From: Pseudomonadota bacterium | Lineage (GTDB): Archaea > Thermoplasmatota > SW-10-69-26 > JACQPN01 > JAJPHT01 | Assembly: GCA_021325135.1 (NCBI GenBank) | Contig: JAJPHT010000020.1 | Span: forward strand, 1-64,000 | Direction: 5' to 3' | Length of the DNA: 64,000 nt | Part shown: positions 49,185 through 58,340 of the stretch, one piece after another | Numbering within the stretch: the stretch's first letter is position 1 | Layout: every line of letters starts with the position of its first letter | Program-made: the position numbers and the translations under genes | Notes under the pieces: generated by a model | Seen by the model: the letters and a program-made list of their open reading frames with translations, nothing else | The model's database searches: none | What the model was told of the DNA's origin: nothing

Positions 49185-50384
49185 CTAGCGCGGCCCGCCG
49201 CCCAGCTTCACGGGCACGCCGCGGCCGCGGTTCCCGACCTTGCCCAGGTGCACGGAGAGCTGCCCCGTGTCGTGGGGCTTCTCGTCCTCGGTGGGGTCGT
49301 CGAAGCGCCGCAGGATCGCGTAGTACGTGTCGCGCTGCGCGGGGACGTAGCCCCCTTCGCGGAGGTAGCGCCGCGCCGCGGGCGGGTCCATGCCGAAGAG
49401 CGTGCCCGCCGCGCTGATGACGTTCTCCTCCATGAGCACGCCGCCCCAGTCGTTGGCGCCCATCTGGAGCGCCACCTGCGCGACCTTCGGGCCCTCGGTG
49501 ACCCAGCCGGCCTGCACGTTGGCGAAGTTGTCCAGGTAGAGCCGCGAGAGCGCGATGGTCCTCAGGTAGTCCTCGGTGGTGGCGTGGCTCTTCTTGAGGC
49601 GCGTGCTGCCGTCGGTCTGGAAGCTCCACGGGATGAAGGCGGTGAAGCCGCGCGCTCCGCGGGCGACGGCGCGGTCCTGCACCTCGCGCACGCGGTCCAG
49701 GTGCTCCACGCGGTGGCGCCACTCCTCGCCCATGCCGAACATCATGGTGGCGGTGGAGGTCATGCCCAGCTTGTGGCACTCCTCGTGGATCTCCATGTAG
49801 ACCGAGGCCTTGGTCTTCAGCGGCGAGACGCGGTCGCGGATCTCGTCCGAGAGGATCTCCATGCCGCCGCCGGGCAGCGACTTCAAGCCCGCGGCGCGGA
49901 AGCGCTCCAGCACCTCGCGGTAGGAGAGCTTCTCCTGCTGGGCGTAGAACTCGATCTCCGTCGCTGTAAGTGAGTGGATGTCCACCTGAGGGAAGCGCTC
50001 GCGCACCGCGCGGAAGAGCTGCTCAAGGTAGCTCATGGGCAGGTCGGGGTTGAGGCCGCCCTGGAGGAGCACCTGCGTGCCGCCCCACGCGACCAGGGGC
50101 TCGATCTTGGCGAGCACCTGCTCGATGGAGAGCGAGTAGGCGTCCTTCTCCTTCGCGGTGCGGTAGAAGCCGCAGAAGTCGCAGAGCGCGACGCACACGT
50201 TGGTGTAGTTGATGTTGCGGTCCACGACGTAGGTGACCACCTTGGGGTCGGTCACGGCGTTGCGGCGCGCGTTGGCCGCCGCCGCGAGGTCGAGGAAGGG
50301 CGCCTGCGCGACGAGGACGCCCTCCTCCGGGGTCAGGCGGCCGCCCTGCGCGGCCTTGTCGAGAAGCTGCTGGACGCGGGTCAT
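49185..50384 (-). CDS. mqnC: Cyclic dehypoxanthinyl futalosine synthase
   Basis: VTYVVDRNINYTNVC...CDFC.F, LLQGG.NP, PGGG.EIL, FTAFIPW.FQ, MEENV. Confidence 0.92.
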   Translation of the reverse strand: MTRVQQLLDKAAQGGRLTPEEGVLVAQAPFLDLAAAANARRNAVTDPKVVTYVVDRNINYTNVCVALCDFCGFYRTAKEKDAYSLSIEQVLAKIEPLVAWGGTQVLLQGGLNPDLPMSYLEQLFRAVRERFPQVDIHSLTATEIEFYAQQEKLSYREVLERFRAAGLKSLPGGGMEILSDEIRDRVSPLKTKASVYMEIHEECHKLGMTSTATMMFGMGEEWRHRVEHLDRVREVQDRAVARGARGFTAFIPWSFQTDGSTRLKKSHATTEDYLRTIALSRLYLDNFANVQAGWVTEGPKVAQVALQMGANDWGGVLMEENVISAAGTLFGMDPPAARRYLREGGYVPAQRDTYYAILRRFDDPTEDEKPHDTGQLSVHLGKVGNRGRGVPVKLGGGPR

Positions 50385-51295
50385 GGCGCGACCTCCAGGG
50401 GCGTCAGCGGCGGGACTTTGGGCATCTCCCCCACCTTGCGCGCCAGGTCGAAGTAGCGCGCGAGGCCCGCGAGCTTGGGCGCGTCGAGGTCGTAGTTGAG
50501 GTCGCGGAAGTAGCGCTCCATGAACGCCCGCGAGAGGAAGAGCTTGCGGCGCGCGTGCTCCACGATGGGCGCGCGGTTGGCGCGCCCCCACGCCTTGCTG
50601 GCCAGGAGCGCGTGGTGCACGGCGCGCAACGCCTCGGGGTCGCGCTGGGCGAAGTCGCGGCGGGCGGCCCACACGGCGAACACCATGGGCGTGCCGGTCC
50701 AGCGCGTCCACTCGTCGGCGAGGTCGAGGCGCCCCAGGTTGGGGTACGCCAGCGAGGCGCGCAGCGCGGCGTCGCCGATGAGGAGCACGCCGTCGTAGGC
50801 GTGGCCGATCTCCTCCAGGTCCGCGTCGCCCTGCACGATCGCGGCGTCGAGGCCGAGGCGCTCGCGCATGAGGATCTTCAGCAGCACGACGCTGGTGGCG
50901 CTCTCTCCGGTCACGCACACCTTCCCGCCGCGCAGCGATTCGACGCCGTTGCGGAAGAAGAGGGACACGCTGTGGACGAACCCCGTGCTGTTGATGGAGA
51001 GGCCCGGCAGAAGCTCCAGCGAGTCCGCATGCTGCGCGTAGGCGAAGCTGGACACGGGGCTCACCTGGAGGGCACCCGAGGCCAGCTGCGCGTTGAGCGT
51101 CGTGGGCGGCGCCTTCACGAGCTCCGCGCCCGGGGGCAGCGGCACCGCGCCCGTCTCCAGGCCGTAGTAGACGGGGAGCGAGTTGAGGTAGTCGATATAC
51201 CCGAGTCTTACGGGGGCGGCTCGCGAGCCGCCCCCGTAAGACTCGGGTGCGCGACGAACGCTGCGTTCGTCGCTGTAGCCCACGCGGACCTTCAT
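50381..51295 (-). CDS. mqnA: Chorismate dehydratase with a 26-aa palindromic in-frame insertion
   Basis: GYIDYLNSLP, P..LN, V.SV.L, SATSV.LL, LLIGD.AL, DL...W...TG.P.VFAVW. Confidence 0.92.
   Translation of the reverse strand: MKVRVGYSDERSVRRAPESYGGGSRAAPVRLGYIDYLNSLPVYYGLETGAVPLPPGAELVKAPPTTLNAQLASGALQVSPVSSFAYAQHADSLELLPGLSINSTGFVHSVSLFFRNGVESLRGGKVCVTGESATSVVLLKILMRERLGLDAAIVQGDADLEEIGHAYDGVLLIGDAALRASLAYPNLGRLDLADEWTRWTGTPMVFAVWAARRDFAQRDPEALRAVHHALLASKAWGRANRAPIVEHARRKLFLSRAFMERYFRDLNYDLDAPKLAGLARYFDLARKVGEMPKVPPLTPLEVAP
51196..51273. repeat. 78-bp double-palindrome insertion in mqnA
   Basis: Perfect 50-bp palindrome 51199-51248 and an 11-bp-arm hairpin 51251-51273; deleting 51196-51273 restores GGC TAC ATC GAC (GYID). 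Confidence 0.92.
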
Positions 51296-52408
51296 TCAGG
51301 CCACCGCCAGGGGCGTCAGCTCGCGGGGGATGGGGTGATAGCTTCCGAAGGCGTACTCGGGGACGAAGCCCGCGCTGGTGATGAGGGGCGTGAGGTCCTC
51401 CTTCTTGACGAAGGCCCACGTCTTGCCTCCGGCCGCCTGGAGGATGCGCTCCTCGAAGGCCGCGCCGCCGATGTCGTCGACGCCGAAGTGCAGCGCGACC
51501 TGCGCCATGGGCTTGCCCACGGTGACCCACGGGAGCTTGATGTGGGAGACGTTGTCCAGGTAGAGCCGCGCGATGCTCACCATGCGCAGCGTGTCGAACG
51601 CGCTGGGGCCCATGGCGCCGGTCTTGGCGTGGAGCTCCGTGTTCTCGGGGTTCCACGCGAGGCCCAGGAAGGCGTTGAAGCCGCGGGTGCGGTCCTGCAT
51701 CTCGCGGACGCGGCGCAGGTGGTCGACGCGCTCCTCCGCCGTCTCCACGTGGCCGTAGAGGATGCTCACGTTGGTGGGGATGCCCAGCGCGTGCGCCTCC
51801 TCGTGGACCTGGAGGAAGCGGTCGCCCGCGATCTTGGTGGCCATCATGCGCTTGCGCGCCTCGGGATGGAACACCTCCGCGCCGCCCCCGGGAATGCTAT
51901 CAAGGCCAGCGGCACGGAGACGCCGCAGCGTCTCCGTGATCGACAGCTTCTCGCGCTTGGCGAGGAAGTCGACCTCGACGCCGGTCATGCCCTGGATGTG
52001 GGCCTGGGGGCTGACCTTCTTGAGGCGCCGGAACATCTCCTCGAAGTAGGCGAGGTCGCACTCAGGGGTGAGGCCGCCCACGACGTGCCACTCGTTGACG
52101 CCCACCTTGGCGGCGGCCTTGGCTTTCTCCTCGATCTCGTCCAGGGTCATGAGGTAGGCCTTCTCGCTGCCGCTCTTGGCGAAGAAGGCGCAGAACCCGC
52201 AGTCCGCGGCGCAGATGTTGGTGTGGTTGACGTTGAGGTCCGTGCGGGTGTAGACCTTGTTGCCGTGGCGCTTCGCGCGCTCGCGGTGCGCCAGCCTGCC
52301 CAGGGCGACGACGTCCTGCACGGCGAAGAGGGCCAGGGCGTCCTCGTCGGTGATCCGCTCGCTCCTGGCGAGCTTGCGCTCGACCTCGTCCAGGATGGGC
52401 ATTCTCAT
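51296..52408 (-). CDS. mqnE: Aminofutalosine synthase (radical SAM)
   Basis: N.TNIC...CGFCAF, E.HVVGG, PGGGAEVF, LYGHVET.EERVDH, IARLYLDN..HIK; operonic with mqnA and mqnC. Confidence 0.88.
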   Translation of the reverse strand: MRMPILDEVERKLARSERITDEDALALFAVQDVVALGRLAHRERAKRHGNKVYTRTDLNVNHTNICAADCGFCAFFAKSGSEKAYLMTLDEIEEKAKAAAKVGVNEWHVVGGLTPECDLAYFEEMFRRLKKVSPQAHIQGMTGVEVDFLAKREKLSITETLRRLRAAGLDSIPGGGAEVFHPEARKRMMATKIAGDRFLQVHEEAHALGIPTNVSILYGHVETAEERVDHLRRVREMQDRTRGFNAFLGLAWNPENTELHAKTGAMGPSAFDTLRMVSIARLYLDNVSHIKLPWVTVGKPMAQVALHFGVDDIGGAAFEERILQAAGGKTWAFVKKEDLTPLITSAGFVPEYAFGSYHPIPRELTPLAVA

Positions 52409-52507
52409 CGGCATCGGCGAGGGGGCGGCGGCTTTTAAGGGTATCACCCTGGAGCCACGTTGGGATGGGGGTTTTCCGCCGGGGGGCGGCCCACTCCGCC
52501 GCGAGTG

Positions 52508-53359
52508 TCACGCGAGGCGCGGGGCCGCGAAGGTGACCGGGTCCAGGGGGCCGGTGGTGGCGTGGCTGCCGTCGGCGAAGCCCAGGGTGGCGACGGGGTC
52601 GATCTCGGCGGGGGGCGAGGCGTCCTCCAGCGTGAAGAGCATCCCCATCATGGCGCCCGCGGGCACGACCACGTGGTAGGGGTCCGCCGCGTCGTCCAGG
52701 CCCGCGAGGCGCCCGGCGTCAGAGCGGGCGAGGACGCTGAACGCCTTGCCGTCGGAGACGAGGGGGCGGCCGGTGCGCAGGTCGCGGAAGGAGACGTCCA
52801 CGGTCTCGTTGCGCCCGGTGCCGTTGCACAGGACGTAGGCGTAGCGCGCGCCGCCGCCGGTGGGCACGTCCTTGGCGCCCGCGCTCTGCACCACGGAGAC
52901 GCGCCCAGGGCAGGGCGGGCCGTCGGGGACCGCGACGGTGCGCGACTCGCCGTGGCCCACGGCCTGCCCGTCCTGGGCGAAGGAGTACGAGACGTGGAGG
53001 TCCGCGGGCGCGTCCGCGGGGACCGGGAGGAACGAGGTCGCGATGAGGAAGCCGTCCTGCCCGAACGCCTTCATGGGCGCGTGGATCGAGTCGTCGACGC
53101 CCGCTTCAGGCACGCGGATGAGCAGGTCGCCGGTGAAGTCCTGGGCGCCTGCGTTGGAGGCCAGGGAGAAGATGGCGGCCACGTGCCCGCGAGGAGCGGG
53201 GAAGATCACGAGGGGGTCGAGGGTGGGGTAGGGGCCCGTGGCGCTGGCGAGCCACGGCGATCCCGTGGGGTCGAGGGCGGGGTCGGCGCGCGTCGCGCCG
53301 GGAAGGACCAGGGGGGCAAGCAGCGCCAGGAGGGTGGCGGCCCGCAGGATGCCTCGCAC
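52508..53359 (-). CDS. Secreted hypothetical protein
   Basis: Signal peptide; GC3-rich frame. Confidence 0.65.
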   Translation of the reverse strand: MRGILRAATLLALLAPLVLPGATRADPALDPTGSPWLASATGPYPTLDPLVIFPAPRGHVAAIFSLASNAGAQDFTGDLLIRVPEAGVDDSIHAPMKAFGQDGFLIATSFLPVPADAPADLHVSYSFAQDGQAVGHGESRTVAVPDGPPCPGRVSVVQSAGAKDVPTGGGARYAYVLCNGTGRNETVDVSFRDLRTGRPLVSDGKAFSVLARSDAGRLAGLDDAADPYHVVVPAGAMMGMLFTLEDASPPAEIDPVATLGFADGSHATTGPLDPVTFAAPRLA

Positions 53360-53405
53360 GCGCGGGAAGCGCCTCGGCCCTCCATCACGCTTCGGGTGTC
53401 ACCCG

Positions 53406-54272
53406 TCAGTGGGAACGCTGCACGGCCTCGGCCTGGAGCCCGCCCACGACGACGGGGAGCGCGGCGCGGACGAGCGCGAGGACCTTGCCGTCCAGCGAGC
53501 CCGAGGGCGCGGGGGTCCACGTCCAGTCGATCCCTGCGAACGGGTCGCGCCCCGTTCGCGAGGCCGGATCGTCGGCCTGCTGGTCCAGCGGGGCCACGCG
53601 GCAGAGGGAGTCGGAGAGCACCAGCATGGCGCCCGCGCGGAAGCCGCGCTTCTTGGCCACGGCATAGAGGCCGGCGGTCTCCATGTCCACGGCGTGCGCG
53701 CCGCGGGCGCGGTACCGCTTGGCCTTGCCCACGGTTTCCCGGTAGGGCGTGTCGGTGGTCCAGACGGTGCCGCACTGGTACGCGACGCCCGGGTCCTCGC
53801 CCAGGCTCATCTCCAGCGCGTCCTTCATGATGGGCGTCGCCGCGACCTCGTCGGTGGAGTCCAGGTACGCGCGCGACGTGCCGTCCTCGCCCAGCGCGCG
53901 CTCCACCACGAGGAGGTCGCCGCTTTGGAGGAGCGGGTGGACGATGCCCGCGAAGCCGATGCCCACGAACGTGTCGACGCCGCACGCGTGGAGCTTGTCC
54001 GCGACCAGCGCCGTGGCGGGCGCGCCAATTCCAGGGTTGACGAGGATGAAAGGCTCGCCGGCCCACGTTCCGCGGTAGAGCTTCGCGACGCCGGCCTTGA
54101 GGTCCGTGGGCTTGGCGTGCGACACCTGCCGCACGACCTCGAAGAGGGGCTCGCCCCACGTCAGGAGCGCGCGCATGGGCACGCTTCCGGGCGCGACCTG
54201 CGCGCCCCCGTGCTCCGCGCGCCGCTTGAGGCCCGCGAGGGGCGTCACGATCTCGCGGTCGTCGTCGCTCAT
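53406..54272 (-). CDS. Nucleoside phosphorylase (PNP/UDP family)
   Basis: GIGAP, G.AG, EDGTS..Y, G.VWTTD..YRET, AVDMETA, VLSDSL. Confidence 0.88.
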   Translation of the reverse strand: MSDDDREIVTPLAGLKRRAEHGGAQVAPGSVPMRALLTWGEPLFEVVRQVSHAKPTDLKAGVAKLYRGTWAGEPFILVNPGIGAPATALVADKLHACGVDTFVGIGFAGIVHPLLQSGDLLVVERALGEDGTSRAYLDSTDEVAATPIMKDALEMSLGEDPGVAYQCGTVWTTDTPYRETVGKAKRYRARGAHAVDMETAGLYAVAKKRGFRAGAMLVLSDSLCRVAPLDQQADDPASRTGRDPFAGIDWTWTPAPSGSLDGKVLALVRAALPVVVGGLQAEAVQRSH

Positions 54273-54433
54273 GCTGCCGCCCAAGCCGCCCCCCGCACTT
54301 ATGTCTATTCGTGCGCGGCGATGGCTTGGGGGCCACCGGGACGCCGAAGGAACAAACTCGCGGGGGCGGGGCGTCTTGGCGGGCCGGAACGGCGAGGATA
54401 CCTTCAAGATTGGAACCCGCTCTCGCCGCCCTC

Positions 54434-54664
54434 ATGCCCGAGCCCTCGGAGAAGCCCGCGCCCGTGGAGGCCACGAAGAAGTTCGAGGGCCCCGTCACCA
54501 TCGAGCGCTCGTTCAAGGTGGACGGCAAGAAGCTCACCGTCCTCGTCACGTTCCCCGCGGGGGTGGTCAAGGAGGTGGGCATGGAGCAGCTTCTCCTGGC
54601 CGCGAACCGCGCCATCGTGACGGTGGACTCCAAGAACCACGCCGTGGACCAGTTCCGCCCGTGA
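54434..54664 (+). CDS. Small hypothetical protein
   Basis: GC3-rich frame, followed 6 bp later by the next gene. Confidence 0.7.
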   Translation: MPEPSEKPAPVEATKKFEGPVTIERSFKVDGKKLTVLVTFPAGVVKEVGMEQLLLAANRAIVTVDSKNHAVDQFRP

Positions 54665-54670
54665 GGGGCC

Positions 54671-55300
54671 ATGCGGCGCGTCGCGGTGGACGGGGGCGAG
54701 GTCATCCTCGTGGCCACCGTGCAGGGGCTCGTCGCGGAGGCGGAGCGCGTGCGGGAGGCCTTCGAGGCGACGCAGCCGCGCGCCGTGGCGCTGGGCGTCT
54801 CGCCCGAGGCCGCCGCGGCGCTGCTGCGCCATGAGCCCGTGGAGGGCGTGGACCCCTTCGACGACCTGCCCGACGCGGAGCTCGCCTACTCCGTGCGCCT
54901 CCAGGAGTACGGGCCCGTCGCGCTGCCTCCGCCCGACCTCATGGAGGCCGTGCGCCTCGCGCGCGCCGCTGATGTGCCCGTGCGCGGCGCGGACCTGCCC
55001 GAGGCGCGCTACGAGGACGTGTTCGCCTCCGAGGTCTCCGCGTGGGGCCTGCTGCGCTACGGGCGCGTGCAGCGCAAGCTCGTGAAGCGCCCCCCGAAGG
55101 CGGCCGACGCGCGCGCGTTTGCCCTGGCGTGGGACGCCGCCGTGCGTCGCGTCAAGGGCATCGACCGCGTCGAGCGCGCGCGGGAGGCGCACATCGCCAG
55201 CGCCGCGCGCCTCATCGCGCGGGAGGTGGGCAGCCCCGCCCTCCTCGTGCTGGACGCCGCGCGGGAAGCCGGCGTGCTCCAGGCCCTCGGCGTTGCGTGA
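54671..55300 (+). CDS. Hypothetical protein (possibly TraB-like fold)
   Basis: V.GL..E...V.......P..VALG.SPE, P....D, E..RE..IA pattern. Confidence 0.65.
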   Translation: MRRVAVDGGEVILVATVQGLVAEAERVREAFEATQPRAVALGVSPEAAAALLRHEPVEGVDPFDDLPDAELAYSVRLQEYGPVALPPPDLMEAVRLARAADVPVRGADLPEARYEDVFASEVSAWGLLRYGRVQRKLVKRPPKAADARAFALAWDAAVRRVKGIDRVERAREAHIASAARLIAREVGSPALLVLDAAREAGVLQALGVA

Positions 55301-55364
55301 AGGGTCGCGGCAGGCCGCCTGGATTGCGGGTAGCTTCATGTGGAGAAGCGGCTAAAGGGTCCCG

Positions 55365-55658
55365 ATGCGCGCTGCCCTCCGCGAGACCGGGTCCATCCTC
55401 GTCCGCGCGCCCCGCGACCGGGTCTTCGAGGCGATCAAGGAGGCGATGGAGGGCGAGCCCGACCTCCGCGCCGAGGCGGCCCGCCGCGTCGAGTCCCCCT
55501 TCTCCACCTTCGTCCTGCGGGACGCCCCCGGAGGGGGCACCGAGGTCATCCACGCGCGCCGCGAGAGCCTCACCCTGGGCGCGTCGCGCCGCCCCCGCGA
55601 CGAGCTTCGCGCGCAGGTCGAGCTTGATCTGTTCCGGTTGGCGCAGAAGTTCTCCTGA
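55365..55658 (+). CDS. Hypothetical protein (SRPBCC-like fragment)
   Basis: SILVRAP.DRVF...GGTEV; coding-like codon use. Confidence 0.6.
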   Translation: MRAALRETGSILVRAPRDRVFEAIKEAMEGEPDLRAEAARRVESPFSTFVLRDAPGGGTEVIHARRESLTLGASRRPRDELRAQVELDLFRLAQKFS

Positions 55659-55665
55659 GCCCTTT

Positions 55666-55780
55666 GGTCAAGGGTCCAAAGAACGCGACGAGCGCCACGA
55701 GCGCAAAGGGCGCGACGACGAAAGACACCGTGGCGACCTTGGCGCTCTTTGCGCTCATCGCGTTCTTTGGACCCTTGACC
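55666..55780. mobile_element. MITE-like 115-bp palindromic element, family C (copy 1)
   Basis: 23-bp perfect terminal inverted repeats GGTCAAGGGTCCAAAGAACGCGA; internal 9-bp periodicity; between convergent genes. Confidence 0.7.
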
Positions 55781-55800
55781 GAGGAGATGCCCCTAAGGGG

Positions 55801-56082
55801 TCACGCCACGCCGGGGTCCCACCCAGGCGCGGCGGCCGCGGGGGCGCTCTTCGGGGCTCGGGGAAGCGCCTTGACCAGCGTGATCTCGCTGATGGCGGTG
55901 AGGGGGAAAAGGCGCACTTCGGCCTTCTGGTCGTCCTCCAGGACGAGGTGCTCGGAGGTGCCCACGCTCTGGACGCCGGCGAAGCGGCCTTCGTCGGTGA
56001 CCTTCTGGACCACGCCGTCCACGAGGTAGCGGCGCTCGATCCGAAGCACGTCGCCCAGCACGAGGGTGATCTCCTGGCTCAT
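55801..56082 (-). CDS. Small hypothetical protein
   Basis: EG.F.G...VG..E.LVLE....RLFP..AI..I beta-barrel-like pattern. Confidence 0.7.
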   Translation of the reverse strand: MSQEITLVLGDVLRIERRYLVDGVVQKVTDEGRFAGVQSVGTSEHLVLEDDQKAEVRLFPLTAISEITLVKALPRAPKSAPAAAAPGWDPGVA

Positions 56083-56109
56083 GCTCCCCGTGTCGGCGCG
56101 CGGATCGTA

Positions 56110-58221
56110 TCATAGGCTGCGGCTCGTCCGCTCGCCCGGAGGCCCCCCGGGGACCTGGGAACCCGCGGGGAGCGTGAACCGGAACGTGGACCCGCGCCCG
56201 GTCCCCTGGCTCTCGCAGCCGATCTGCCCGCCGTGGGACTCCACGATCCCCTTGGCGACGTAGAGGCCCAGCCCCGCGCCGGAGCGCGTCTTGTCCATGT
56301 GGTCGTGGAGCTGGCTGAAGGGCTTGAAGAGGCGCCCGATGTCGTCGGCCGCGATGCCGGCGCCCGTGTCGGCCACCTCCACGCACGCGCTCCCGTCGCG
56401 CATCCTCACGGAGACGAGGACGCGCCCCCCGGCGGGCGTGAACTTCAGGGCGTTGCGGATGAGGTTGAACAGCACCTGCGTGATGCGGGGCGCGTCGGCG
56501 GGCACGACCGCGGCCTCTCCTTCCAGGTCGAGGGAGATGCCCTCCTGGAGCGCGGCCTCGTGGAACGACTCCACGGCCTCCTCCGCGAGGCGGCGCACGT
56601 CGGTGGGCGCGGGGCGCACGTCGAGGCGCCCCGACTGCACGCGCGCCGAGTCGATGACGTCGCGCAGCAGAAGGCCAAGCTGGTCCACGTTGCGCGAGAG
56701 CACCGAGACGCTGGTGCGCTGGCGGTCGGAGAGGGGCCCCAGCTTCTCGGAGCGGAGCATGTGCGCCTGGAGCTTGATGGGCGTGAGCGGCGTGCCGAGC
56801 TCGTGGGCGGCGTTGTTGATGAACTGCGTCTTGATGCGGTCGATCTCGCGGAGGCGCTCGTTCATGGACTGCAGCTCGCGCTGCTCGGCCAGGGCGCGCT
56901 CGGTGCGGCGCCGCTCGGTCACGTCGCGGAAGCTCCACACGCGGCCGATGACGTCGTCGCCCACGCGCTGGGGCTGCGAGTAGCGCTCGAAGGTGCGCCC
57001 GTCGCGGAACTCCAGCACGTCGAAGCTCGCCGTCTCGCGGTCCTGGTAGAGGTCGTCCACCTTGGCGCGGAAGCCGGAGGGGTCGAGGAGCTGGTCCTGC
57101 ACGTAGGAGAGGGCGCGCGCGTCCTCGCCCGCCTCCAGGATGGACATGGGGATGCCCCACATCTCGACGAACTTCTTGTTGAAGCCCGCGATCTTGCCCC
57201 CCTGGTCGACGACGAGGATGCCGTCGGTGGTGGACTCCAGCGTCGCGGTGAGGGTGGAGACGGCGCGGCGCAGCGCCTCCTCGGCGCGCTTGCGCTCGGT
57301 GACGTCGCGCAGCGTGATGACGGTCCCGATGATGGCGTCGTTGTTGCGGATGGGCGTGCGCTCGATCTCCACGGGGACCTGGGCGCCGTCCTTGCGGCGC
57401 ACGTGCACGGGCGCGTCGCTCACCAGGTGGGGCCCGCGGGGCAGCCAGGCAAGCTCCAGGGGCGCCGCGCCGTCGCTGGTCTGGATGAGCGCGTCGATGC
57501 TCTTGCCCTGGAGGTCGCCCACGGCGTGCTGCGTCATGGCGGCCGCGGCGGGGTTGGCGAACGTCACGAGGCCGTCGAGGTCCAGGCCGATGATGCCCTC
57601 GCCCGCGGAGTCCAGCACGAGCGCCGTGCGGCGGCGCGCCGTCTCCGCGACCTTCCACCCCATGAGGAGCGCGACGCTCTCGCCCAACACGAGGGAGGCG
57701 TGGATGAGCGCCCACTTCCAGGGGTGCGCGTAGGCGTCTCCGTGGTTGTAGACGAGGGTGGGGAAGAGCGTCCCGATGATGCCGTGGTCCAGCGCGACGT
57801 AGGCGATGGCCAGGAGGAAGGGGATCCAGTCCTGGTAGAGCGCGATCACGGCCAGCACGACGAAGAAGTGGAAGTGCGCCTCGATGTAGCCCCCGGAGAA
57901 CTGGACGATCATCGCCGAGGAGGTCACGAGGGCGAGGGCCGCGACCGCGCCCCGGAAGCGGCGCCGGGCGCCCGGCCACGACGCGACGAGGCCGATGGCG
58001 CCCACCAGCGCGCCCTCCGCCAGCGCGAGCGCGGGGAGGACGCCCATGTAGAGGCCGAAGGCGGCGACGCCCGCGGCGTGGCCGTAGATCACGAAGAGGA
58101 TCGCGCGGTGCCTCGCCCTCCACTCGTCCTCGGGCAGCTCGCGCCCTTCGGGCAGCGCGCGGCGCAGGGCGTCCGAGAGGCGGGCGGCGAAGGGGCTGCC
58201 GGCGGGGAGGGCGCTGGACAC
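56110..58221 (-). CDS. Membrane sensor histidine kinase with two PAS domains
   Basis: TM region with EAHFHFF; 2 PAS domains; HELGTPLT H-box; NLIRNALKFT, DTGAGI, GAGLGL. Confidence 0.93.
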   Translation of the reverse strand: MSSALPAGSPFAARLSDALRRALPEGRELPEDEWRARHRAILFVIYGHAAGVAAFGLYMGVLPALALAEGALVGAIGLVASWPGARRRFRGAVAALALVTSSAMIVQFSGGYIEAHFHFFVVLAVIALYQDWIPFLLAIAYVALDHGIIGTLFPTLVYNHGDAYAHPWKWALIHASLVLGESVALLMGWKVAETARRRTALVLDSAGEGIIGLDLDGLVTFANPAAAAMTQHAVGDLQGKSIDALIQTSDGAAPLELAWLPRGPHLVSDAPVHVRRKDGAQVPVEIERTPIRNNDAIIGTVITLRDVTERKRAEEALRRAVSTLTATLESTTDGILVVDQGGKIAGFNKKFVEMWGIPMSILEAGEDARALSYVQDQLLDPSGFRAKVDDLYQDRETASFDVLEFRDGRTFERYSQPQRVGDDVIGRVWSFRDVTERRRTERALAEQRELQSMNERLREIDRIKTQFINNAAHELGTPLTPIKLQAHMLRSEKLGPLSDRQRTSVSVLSRNVDQLGLLLRDVIDSARVQSGRLDVRPAPTDVRRLAEEAVESFHEAALQEGISLDLEGEAAVVPADAPRITQVLFNLIRNALKFTPAGGRVLVSVRMRDGSACVEVADTGAGIAADDIGRLFKPFSQLHDHMDKTRSGAGLGLYVAKGIVESHGGQIGCESQGTGRGSTFRFTLPAGSQVPGGPPGERTSRSL

Positions 58222-58340
58222 GGTCGTCTCCTCCCCCCATGGTCTGGGGACCCGACCTTAAGGAGTGGGATACGGACGGAAGAGACGGGGCGTTCGGACC
58301 CGTCGCAAGGGGGATGCGCCACCCCGCCCGTGCCCCCGCC

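Noticed and set aside
51196-51273. mqnA/mqnD inserts as inteins or bulge-helix-bulge introns
   Set aside because: Far too short for inteins and lacking Cys/His-Asn termini; no bulge-helix-bulge motif could be identified at the junctions by eye.
55664-56029. Similar short ORFs (VKGPKNA.SAKSAK...) at 55664, 59646 and 59831
   Set aside because: Translations of the family C palindrome, not genes.
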